Source: a bacterium
GTDB taxonomy: Bacteria > Electryoneota > JAOADG01
Reading direction: 5' to 3'
Assembly: GCA_963681965.1 (NCBI GenBank)
Contig: OY820579.1
Span: 896,001-960,000 of the forward strand
Length of the DNA stretch: 64,000 nucleotides
Shown here: positions 50,401 to 58,519 of the stretch, piece after piece
Layout: each line of letters opens with the position of its first letter
How positions within the stretch are numbered: position 1 is the first letter of the stretch
Notes under the pieces: model-generated
What the model saw: the letters and a program-made list of their open reading frames with translations, nothing else
What the model was told of the DNA's origin: nothing
Databases searched by the model: none
Made by a program: the position numbers and the translations under genes

Positions 50401-53400
50401 AATTCGTTGATTCGGGCGGCTCCGGAAGCGATCGGGAATGCACCGCCGTAGATGAACATTTTCAATTTCCGATAGTCGCGGAAACTCAACGGTTCGTACA
50501 GCGTTTTCACCAAATAACTGGTTTCGCCATTAAGCAGACCTTTTACTTTGATGCGAAGCGCTTGTTCTTTTAATCTGATATTGGTATTCGGATCCTCTTG
50601 ACCGGAAACACCGGGAGGGGGATTGTAGGTTTCGCGATTATCGTATGTATTCAAGACATCGGCTTCGAGATTGTACGGATGAAGATTGCGAGTCTGCACT
50701 GTTCCTGGCGGTTGCCATTCGTTCCCGACGATATCGACTTCAGCGAAGGCGACCGTTGTTTTCCGAATGCAATTGGTCAAACCGATGCGCGCATAAAAAA
50801 TGTTCTGCAGCGAAGGATTGCCGACGCGAATCGAATCGGCGATCGGAATACGATACAACCGCCAGCCGTAAATATTGTCTTGACCACCGACGACATATTT
50901 CGCATCATTCGATAGATCGACCACAAACCGATAAAAGTCGTCCTGAATATCCAGCGATCCGTTGCCGTTCAAATCCTCGGTATCGGGATACTGGTTGTCG
51001 TCTTTGTTTCCCTGAGTACCGTTAATATGGGTATAATCGTCGGGAGTATTGGGACTGTAATCAAAATTGTCGAATGAAAACGGTTCTTTCACCAGTCGTG
51101 TCTGATTGCCCAGTGTTATCGTTGCAGTGTCACGACTACCGTCGCCATTGAGGTCCCAATAATCGTAGAGACCAGTAACTGAGCCGTAGGGAGGATCCGG
51201 TAAACTGACACCGTCGATACCGGTATCGTCATTCTGACCGAGAATCGGATTCCGTACACTCGTACCGGCAATAAAACTTCCTTCTGCCATTACACTGTTA
51301 TTGTGCATTGGAATTTCACGTTCACTGATACGACCGAGATCGACGAACAGTTTTCCGGAACGTTGCGTATTACGAACCCACAGTTCGAGGTATTTGGATT
51401 CCGACTGATTTGCAAATCCCGATCCGAGATATTTCGTAATGGCTGCCCATGAATTTTGCGGATTCACCAGCGTATCCCACGGCGTGCTCCGGTTGAATTT
51501 CGGATCCACCGACAGTTCCATCGTTTGTACCGTGTTCGCAACGTTGCTGTTAACTTCCCGTGCCGGCCAAATATTCTTAACCGGTTCCTGATGGAACGGA
51601 TTGTACCACATGAACAATCTTGCTGGAAACGCGTCGAGTGTATCACCTGCCGGATTGAGCCCGGTAGTGAGTGGATATGCCGATAAGGTCCAACTTTGGC
51701 GCGTGAGTGGAAGCGGTATGATTCGTTTCGCGGACTCGAAATCGTCAACGTAAGCGACGCCGTTGTAGTCCCCGGTGGCATCATTGCTCATGTTGTTGGG
51801 ATTGGGAAAGACTTGCGCAATTTCACCTTCGATTTGTACACGGGAAGCTTCTTCGGTAGCTACGATCGGCAGTGCATCCATCGCTTTGGTTAAAAAGTCG
51901 GGTTTGAAAACCAGACGGGTGTTCACATCCCAGATCTTGTTGGAGATCGGTTCGCTACCGAGGCGAATCCGTTGATCGAGTGGTTTCTCGGTTAATGACA
52001 GAACGGTCGCACCAATGAATGACTCGTCCCATAATTCGTATTCTGCGCGAGCGCCGAGTAAAGTTTTCCGGTCGAGCTGAAAGATTTGACCGGATTCGTA
52101 AGTGACTTCGAGATCGGCGCCGGGGGTAGATGCGCCAGCATCGAGGATCGTCAGCGTACCGGAAAAATAATCGATCGTATAGTCGCGACCTCGGGACAAG
52201 GTTCGACCATTTAGCGTAACTTCTTCCGATCCTTCCAAAATACCGATACCAAGCTGCATGACATTGGATCGCGACCGGATATGAACTTCAATCGTGAATT
52301 TCGATTGTAACGACGATACTGATGATGGAGGAGTCGTGTAAATTTCCGGCTGCAGTAATAACGAATCAATAGCGCGAAAATCACCGATCGTTGGAACAGC
52401 ACTACCTCGGAAGTAGCCCGAGGGGCTGAATGGAGTTAAATCCGGAAATTTTAAGATGCCGTTGGTGAAATCGATGAAGCTAGCGATATTGTCGATTTTT
52501 CCGTCACCACCTGCAGCGGGAGTGTTATTCGGACCGAATTGATCGATTCCGAGTAAATTTGTGAAAAATACTCCACCCGCAGCATACTGCTTCGGATCGA
52601 GGTTCGTTCGATAAATCGTTCCCTCGAAACTTTCCGGTGTGATATTTGTCCCTTGCAACGAATACCAGTTCTTCAGCATGAACTTCCAAACATTGGAAGC
52701 CGGATCTTCGATATTACCCCGCAACAATTTTGTGACCAAGCGTGTATCGGTTTGTGCGCTATTCGTGAGGGTTCCGAAGATGTTCCCCTCACTGGTTCGA
52801 TAGGAGATGCCTAGAATGTCGCTTGCAGAAGCGGGAATCGATTGTTTCAGCGAAAGTATTCCGCGTTGTTTGTCGAGATCGTAATCGGTGCCTTCGACAA
52901 GTAGTTTGAAATTGCCGTAGAAATTATTGTGGGAATCCCAATTGATGGCGTTACTATCGACGTTTGCCGAATCCGGCGGATTTTCAAGTGCGAAACCCCA
53001 TCTTAAAACTTGTCCATTCGAGGTTCCGGAAACTGATTGGTAGACGTACGCTTCCAATACTTGGTGATTGGCAGGTACTAACGGCACCATATTGGCATCG
53101 AACCGGTTGAGATAATAGAGGAACGTCGTGTCCAGTACGAAGAATTGACCATGAGAGAAATTGACATCGGTAAGGATATGCGGTGTACTTTCCTCGCCCC
53201 CGGTTTTCTTCAGTTTATTCTTCTTTCCTTTTTCCAGTGATGCAATAGTTGTCAGTTTCAACGCACCGATTTTCGCGATACTTTTCAGTCCGAACAACCC
53301 CTTGTTCTGACCCGAAAATGTTGCCAGCGACGTTCCCGGAAGATCCAGTGCGATATTACCGGCTTCGATTTTCTGGATGATTTCGTCTTCAGTTCCGGTA

Positions 53401-54098
53401 TACTCCAGCTTAACCGCATTCTCAAATTCGAATAGCCGTTCACTGTCCTGATCGATGCGTACAGTAACTTTGTCGCCAACATTACCGGTGATCGTAAATC
53501 GCTGCTTCTGATCGATTTTAAAGTTAGTCGAAGGGGCTTGTCCCTGCTGGGTGATTACTTTGTCGTTGGATTCGCGACGGAGTTCGCCATTGATCGAAAT
53601 TTCACCGTTGACTCTCAGTCCAACCTTGTCGCCACCGAAAATCCGCTTGAAGGTTTTCGATTTTACTTTCAACGGTACTTGAATTTCCAGCGCTTCCTGT
53701 TCGATCACTCGTTGACTGGACACTGCTATTACCGCGGCTTCACGGAAGAATTTCGCTTGATCGCGCTGAAGCCGTTCCCTGCGATAGCTCATCATATCGA
53801 AGCGGGTCGGGTGTCCGAAGGGTTTGCCATTCAGGCTGTATTGGACTTCCACGGTACGTGAAGTCGTATCCCAGCGAACGGCGGAACTCAAATACTTGTT
53901 CGGACCTCCGAGGAGATATGCCGAACTCTGACCGAGATAAGGTAATTTGGATGGGGCTGGGGTAAAGATATCGGGTCGAAACGGGAGTGGAAGTCGATAT
54001 TTGATACCAAACACAATCGGCGCTTCCGCCAATACCGGCGTAAGCGAAAATAGAATGGCAATCAAACTTAATTTAATGCGAACAAATGACTTGCGGAT
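47442..54098 (-). CDS. sprA: T9SS outer-membrane translocon SprA/Sov (start ATC 54098 or TTG 54065)
   Basis: About 2200 aa; KLEYTGTEDEIIQKIEAGN, GLFGLK, AYVDDFE, PDTEDLNGNG, WRLYRIP and VWADELR. Confidence 0.92.
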   Translation of the reverse strand: MRKSFVRIKLSLIAILFSLTPVLAEAPIVFGIKYRLPLPFRPDIFTPAPSKLPYLGQSSAYLLGGPNKYLSSAVRWDTTSRTVEVQYSLNGKPFGHPTRFDMMSYRRERLQRDQAKFFREAAVIAVSSQRVIEQEALEIQVPLKVKSKTFKRIFGGDKVGLRVNGEISINGELRRESNDKVITQQGQAPSTNFKIDQKQRFTITGNVGDKVTVRIDQDSERLFEFENAVKLEYTGTEDEIIQKIEAGNIALDLPGTSLATFSGQNKGLFGLKSIAKIGALKLTTIASLEKGKKNKLKKTGGEESTPHILTDVNFSHGQFFVLDTTFLYYLNRFDANMVPLVPANHQVLEAYVYQSVSGTSNGQVLRWGFALENPPDSANVDSNAINWDSHNNFYGNFKLLVEGTDYDLDKQRGILSLKQSIPASASDILGISYRTSEGNIFGTLTNSAQTDTRLVTKLLRGNIEDPASNVWKFMLKNWYSLQGTNITPESFEGTIYRTNLDPKQYAAGGVFFTNLLGIDQFGPNNTPAAGGDGKIDNIASFIDFTNGILKFPDLTPFSPSGYFRGSAVPTIGDFRAIDSLLLQPEIYTTPPSSVSSLQSKFTIEVHIRSRSNVMQLGIGILEGSEEVTLNGRTLSRGRDYTIDYFSGTLTILDAGASTPGADLEVTYESGQIFQLDRKTLLGARAEYELWDESFIGATVLSLTEKPLDQRIRLGSEPISNKIWDVNTRLVFKPDFLTKAMDALPIVATEEASRVQIEGEIAQVFPNPNNMSNDATGDYNGVAYVDDFESAKRIIPLPLTRQSWTLSAYPLTTGLNPAGDTLDAFPARLFMWYNPFHQEPVKNIWPAREVNSNVANTVQTMELSVDPKFNRSTPWDTLVNPQNSWAAITKYLGSGFANQSESKYLELWVRNTQRSGKLFVDLGRISEREIPMHNNSVMAEGSFIAGTSVRNPILGQNDDTGIDGVSLPDPPYGSVTGLYDYWDLNGDGSRDTATITLGNQTRLVKEPFSFDNFDYSPNTPDDYTHINGTQGNKDDNQYPDTEDLNGNGSLDIQDDFYRFVVDLSNDAKYVVGGQDNIYGWRLYRIPIADSIRVGNPSLQNIFYARIGLTNCIRKTTVAFAEVDIVGNEWQPPGTVQTRNLHPYNLEADVLNTYDNRETYNPPPGVSGQEDPNTNIRLKEQALRIKVKGLLNGETSYLVKTLYEPLSFRDYRKLKMFIYGGAFPIASGAARINEFDKYKLYFKLRMGIDTTRAYYEISKRIYPGWDERNKIDINLDDLPTMKYEWLARTTARTDTAYPTQARLLPDGTELRVIGRPSQQPTLKTITFMAVAIENRGRNIAETDNVEVWADELRVTDVKRTPGTAYRVSTNIDMAHIVGLSMSMSQTDGNFHNVNVRSGSHSSSLTGMASATIQGTEFIPKSLGLNFPVTMTYNQTITRPDYLYDGDISLDRLTGKSEPVWKPYWRYLTNLNLLDLKKRQGNADTLLTLSKGYSIGVSNFSRTTPPEEWWEKWLVNRWTISYNHAESYNAGPLAPFNKSRTRSGGFNLTIPIDIPNSVKPLRWTSKIPILREIDSTEIGYLPNRLSFGVDGSEQTGSAITSGVPTSTWAFGITKRYATGIRLFQNMNLDYSLSIASEAVKSSRDRFKIAYAAAGVDLNDSLFHGADSLAPEPTLPDSLVQQLPKPRSDVFEKFGGYYFRAKQRDQNVSASWNPQLFEWLTTDYTYSSAYSWSWQQPTATSRNVQTASGANQVYTLRLGRLLGRSASAYSRPVEHDNAPGMDTSKFQSPMPGITPIDTKNPMGDTKNTSTFDPKNPTLTNPITTTPIDLSGKSQTAVVPPPVSTPTASTPTQTQSINDLSRPGRARANQSDSTSTSKTDDSKRPKSKLDFLWAIVDRLDDISVNVSRRRTYQVYAVKDGQADYRFQLGLINTPGLGSVSTATAIPTAPTATLTREYATRSGFHLSDNFSISLDHSWLRTENISITPSQSLKKSVFLLQKGDDVPTEIDVPNFSIRWSGLETLGPWKAVTQTVTLENGYQASSLATYSATQQSRNTLSSVAYSTNWNPLIGVNVQWKKGISSTARYTITSNFSDGHLGNVSRQRTTQKALALATGYTFQQGFRLPFQFWPFNGKRFKNQTEISVGFNETSSTTEQNNHSSAGWGGFVETLNTSTYTFTPKVTVTFSRTVTGYVQYDYGVTKSTSGGTTRINAFKFNVRIEIRG

Positions 54099-54670
54099 GG
54101 TAGCCCCCTACCCGTTTCTGGATAAGATAAACCGTCGTCGTTACACGATCACAAAGAGGCGATAACCGCTCCATTCGTTCCAGCCGGCGGTTCCGCGGTG
54201 TGGCTGTGGCTGTGCGGAAACATGCCGATATTGGCGTTTGAGAACTCGTGACAAATAATGCTAGTAGAAGTATCGGTCGAAAATCAGACCGGTGTCTGAA
54301 TTTCGGCGCATACAATATACGTAAATCGACCCGATTACGGTATTGACGAAGAACACTCTACTGCAACTGCTCTTGCCTAAAAATGGTTCCAAAATGAATT
54401 ATTCAGCCATCCATTCTGTCTCACCGGCTTGAGAGCCGCTACTATTGTACAAAACGACAATCGCAAATGCAATCGAGAACGAGGAGCGGAAAGTCGACAG
54501 ATTAAGCGGTTCACTTTGAAAAAGACCGCTTCCAGCTACCGGAGCGCGAAAAACGGTCGTACTTTTCACCTATTGTCGGAATCTGGAAAGGAAACGACAC
54601 CAATAATCCAACCGCTAACCAATCGATATTGAAGTTGGATTGCTCGACATTTCTGCGTAGAGAGGCGATA

Positions 54671-55297
54671 TTGACTGAGACGGTTACCCGAATCGGATGG
54701 ATTCGGAAGGCTTTGACCAGCGGTTTGTTAATCGTGACACCAGTCGCTGTGACGCTCTGGTTACTATTAAAGCTGCTATTATTCCTCGATAATATCCTCG
54801 CCGAGCCGGTCAACTGGGTTTTATTGCAGTCGGGAATTTTCACAACCCCACTCCAGCATGTCTATGGACCGGGATTGTTGGCGCTGATCGTACTGCTGAT
54901 TCTAATCGGATGGTTAGCCCGGTTGTACATCGCTCAACGCGTTCTGGCGAAAATCAGTACTTGGATCGAAAAATTACCCATCGTTAGTACGATTTTCTCG
55001 ACGATTCAGCCACTTTCCCAAGCGGCATTCGGTGACCGGAAGAATTTTTTCAAAAAGGTGGTGTGGGTTCCATTTCAGAATGGGCATTCGCTCGGATTTG
55101 TAGTAGGGGAATCCCATCTGCCGGATAATGGTGAATTATGCTCTAAAACCGTTGTTTTTGTGCCATTTTCCCCTCCTACCACGGGAATGTTGGTCTATTA
55201 CGACCGAAGTGACTTGATTGAGACGGAAATGAGCGTTGAAGAGGGAATTAAACATCTCTTTAGTTTTGGTACTTCACAAACGGATGAGCCACGGTGA
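54671..55297 (+). CDS. DUF502 membrane protein (alternative start 54629)
   Basis: GLLIVTPVAVT, LPIVSTIF, VFVPFSPPTTG and MSVEEG. Confidence 0.85.
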   Translation: MTETVTRIGWIRKALTSGLLIVTPVAVTLWLLLKLLLFLDNILAEPVNWVLLQSGIFTTPLQHVYGPGLLALIVLLILIGWLARLYIAQRVLAKISTWIEKLPIVSTIFSTIQPLSQAAFGDRKNFFKKVVWVPFQNGHSLGFVVGESHLPDNGELCSKTVVFVPFSPPTTGMLVYYDRSDLIETEMSVEEGIKHLFSFGTSQTDEPR

Positions 55298-57141
55298 AAT
55301 TCCGGATTGCGCTAATACTGCTGATGATTTTGATCGCACTGGGTGCCAAGGCGGGTGAATGGCGCATTTTGGTTGAACACGATATAACTGCTACTGATTC
55401 GATCGGAATTGGATACCTCGAACAACTCGGCGAGCGGTCGGCAGATATCAGCACGAATAAACAGTTTCAAGCACTCCACGGTACACTCGAAACCGATTTT
55501 CGAGCGGGTGTACTCAATCGTACCGTATCCGGGTACGAGCCGCACTTCAAAGAAGAGATCAAACTCCGCACCTTTTTTCGCGAACAATCGAATCGAATGT
55601 TCACTTATAGTTGGATGCTCGATGGCGAGTCATTTCGCGATCGACAGATTGCACCGATCGTTCAACGCGGGAGTGCCGGTGCGAACATCATCGGTTACAC
55701 GCTTGATGACGCCGCTCAATTTTCGTCCGGCAGCGATGTTGTTCAGCGTCGAGGTCGAATGTTGGCGGGTGGTGAGATCAATACGTCGCACCTTGCAATG
55801 GCGCTGCATGGCGGCATGAGCTACGACGAAGATCTCAAGGATATCGGTTCCGGTCCGGCGATGCAATTCGAATTCCGCAGCGATTCGCTGGCTCTGGCGG
55901 AATGGCACATGATCTCGGAAGCGGGTTATCGACACAGTTGGCTTCGACCGCGCGAAGATGCCAAAGGGATTGCAAAATTTTCAATTACTCGACGCTATGG
56001 CGAAGCGACTGCATTGGTCGATGCGACCGTCGATCACTCGTTGCGTGATGTTGTCGGGACCGTACCGTTACGTCGCAACGATTGGCATGGTCTAGGCTTG
56101 GCAATGCTACAATTTCCCGCGCCCGGACATGGCACCTGGCGGCTGAATGCCGATTGGGAAGGGTCGCAAGTGAAACAAGGCAACACGTTGCCATCCTCTT
56201 CGCAACTTCGGCACGAATATCAACTGGAATGGGCGGGTTCCAACGTCGAACGATTTCTTACAACTTCCTACCGAATTGGATATCAGACATCGAAATCGGG
56301 AAAACAGATTCAAAACGATCAAAGTGAATCGGTGATGCTGAATACCGGTTTGACCAATATGAACGACGACACGCTACAGTTAATCATACAAGGCACAGCG
56401 ACCAGAACCGAAACACCGGATTCCCTCGATTATAACGATCGTGACGAATTGCGCTGGCGACTGCAGTTAAACGGGGTATATCAGGCGTTCCCGGGAATTT
56501 GGGTGATCGGCGATTGCAATGCAGTGTTAATGCACAGCGCTTATTTTTCGAGCCACATGTCGGCATCGAATCGACATACTAACACCTACCAACTCGGCGG
56601 ATCGGTCTATCAGCTCTTTCACCACGGATTCCACCGGTTTCGTACGGAAATCTCGGCGACGTATGTCTTATTCGATTTTAAACTCGCATCGCAACCCGCA
56701 CGCGATGTGCTCTCGCGACGATTATCGTTCTACGATTCGGCGGCGGTTCCGGTCGGCGTTGGATTGATCGAGTGGCAGTGCCGAACGGATCTCGAGGATC
56801 GCGGTGCGTTCGATCGCGATCGGAGTGAACAATCGCTGTCGGAAGCAATTCAAACGGTTGTGGGAACTATCCGTTATCGAATTCCGTTTCATCAGGTAGG
56901 GGTTGCGGTTGGCTTGGCGGCTTATAAGCGACAACCTTACCGGTACGAGCATCGAACCAACAGTACCGTGAAAATTGCCGATATCGCCGTTGCCGGATTG
57001 GGTCCCAGTATGATTGTCGAACGCTCGCCGGGCAATCGGTGGCACCTCTTTGGCGAAGCGACGCTACTCTATGTGAGCCAGTCGCCTCGCGGAAGGTATA
57101 TGCAGAATAGCGTTTCGATTACCTTGTCAAGATCGTGGTAA
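55294..57141 (+). CDS. Hypothetical outer-membrane beta-barrel protein
   Basis: Signal peptide, alternating beta-strands and terminal Trp; GTGA overlap with DUF502. Confidence 0.65.
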   Translation: MKFRIALILLMILIALGAKAGEWRILVEHDITATDSIGIGYLEQLGERSADISTNKQFQALHGTLETDFRAGVLNRTVSGYEPHFKEEIKLRTFFREQSNRMFTYSWMLDGESFRDRQIAPIVQRGSAGANIIGYTLDDAAQFSSGSDVVQRRGRMLAGGEINTSHLAMALHGGMSYDEDLKDIGSGPAMQFEFRSDSLALAEWHMISEAGYRHSWLRPREDAKGIAKFSITRRYGEATALVDATVDHSLRDVVGTVPLRRNDWHGLGLAMLQFPAPGHGTWRLNADWEGSQVKQGNTLPSSSQLRHEYQLEWAGSNVERFLTTSYRIGYQTSKSGKQIQNDQSESVMLNTGLTNMNDDTLQLIIQGTATRTETPDSLDYNDRDELRWRLQLNGVYQAFPGIWVIGDCNAVLMHSAYFSSHMSASNRHTNTYQLGGSVYQLFHHGFHRFRTEISATYVLFDFKLASQPARDVLSRRLSFYDSAAVPVGVGLIEWQCRTDLEDRGAFDRDRSEQSLSEAIQTVVGTIRYRIPFHQVGVAVGLAAYKRQPYRYEHRTNSTVKIADIAVAGLGPSMIVERSPGNRWHLFGEATLLYVSQSPRGRYMQNSVSITLSRSW

Positions 57142-57200
57142 ATAATGCGATGAATTTGAATAAGGGTAGGATTGAATTTGATTGGCAAAGACCGATACTC

Positions 57201-58508
57201 ATGAAAACGTTGCGAACGTGGTTATACCTGTTTATTATGGTTGTTCTTCCCGTCGTTACCCATGCGATGATCCGGGAAGAACCGCCACCGTTGCATATCG
57301 ACAGCATTGTGGTTGTCGGCAACGACGTGACGCGTTCCGAAATCATTCTGCGGGAAATCGAGTTTTCACCCGGACAGTGGATCGATTCTGCCGAAATCGA
57401 AAAAGCACAACTTCGAATCACCAACCTCAATCTCTTCAATCGTGTAGAAATTTTCCCGATGAAACAAACCGATCGGACTATTCTGGTGGTCTCGGTTTCG
57501 GAAAAATTGTATATCTTTCCGCTTCCCTACGCATCTTGGATCGGTCCGAAATCGAACGACTTCGAATATGGTTTTCGGTATTCTCAGTACAATCTTCAGG
57601 GTTTGAATCGATCGCTTGCCGCCACCATTTATGGTGGTGTGACACGTGGATATCAACTCGTATTGTACGACCCTTGGATCATTCATACACCCGGTATTGG
57701 AGCATTGCTGGTGCTGCAACATCAGACGTGGTGGCAGGATATTCCCGACGAACAGGGTTCGTGGCGGCGGGAACGCATGATGGGAATCGGTGGTATCTCG
57801 AAGCGATTCACACCGGAAGTGACGATCAAGCTATTGGCTGGATACCAACGGATTCGCGTGGTTCCGCGATTTTCACTTAGTGGAAGTGGTATTGATGAAA
57901 TGTACATCGGACGATTCGAGTATATCCAAGATCGGCGCGATTTAATTGAATTGCCGCATCGCGGCGATTTTATGATGCAGTCGGTCGAGTTATTGCGATT
58001 CACTCAACCATGGGAGAGTCGTTATACTTTCACAATCGATTTGCGACAGTACCAACCGCTGTCTAAGCGCTGGACATTGTCGGGTCAAACGATGGCGATG
58101 GCGGTTACCGGAACCAATCCGTCTTACATGGAATTAAGTCTTGGCGAAAGTTTGCCGATTCGAGGGTATCGTAATCTCTCGCAACTCGGAACCTTTATGG
58201 CAAAGGGCGGGGTCGATTTGCGCTATCAGCTCTATCCTACTCATTACTGGACTTGGGATACGGCACCGACTTGGATTGCAAAGAAAGTGAAGAATCTGAA
58301 GTACGGATTATCGGTGAGTGGATTTTATGAAGCGGGTCAATCGTGGCGAAAAACGACGACATTGGAATCGCAACGGTTGATGTCGGGATATGGTGTTGCA
58401 CTCTCGGTTACAATCCCGTATGTCAATATTCTACGCGTCGATGTGGGATTCAATCCCGAAGATAAAATGAAACCGAATTTCAAAGCGGAGATGCGTGCCG
58501 GTATCTGA
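57201..58508 (+). CDS. Omp85 (BamA/TamA-like) protein with a single POTRA domain
   Basis: IVVVGNDVTRSEIILRE..LNLFNRV POTRA, NLQGLNR, IRGY loop and GYGV. Confidence 0.82.
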   Translation: MKTLRTWLYLFIMVVLPVVTHAMIREEPPPLHIDSIVVVGNDVTRSEIILREIEFSPGQWIDSAEIEKAQLRITNLNLFNRVEIFPMKQTDRTILVVSVSEKLYIFPLPYASWIGPKSNDFEYGFRYSQYNLQGLNRSLAATIYGGVTRGYQLVLYDPWIIHTPGIGALLVLQHQTWWQDIPDEQGSWRRERMMGIGGISKRFTPEVTIKLLAGYQRIRVVPRFSLSGSGIDEMYIGRFEYIQDRRDLIELPHRGDFMMQSVELLRFTQPWESRYTFTIDLRQYQPLSKRWTLSGQTMAMAVTGTNPSYMELSLGESLPIRGYRNLSQLGTFMAKGGVDLRYQLYPTHYWTWDTAPTWIAKKVKNLKYGLSVSGFYEAGQSWRKTTTLESQRLMSGYGVALSVTIPYVNILRVDVGFNPEDKMKPNFKAEMRAGI

Positions 58509-58519
58509 CCAAGCTTTCG

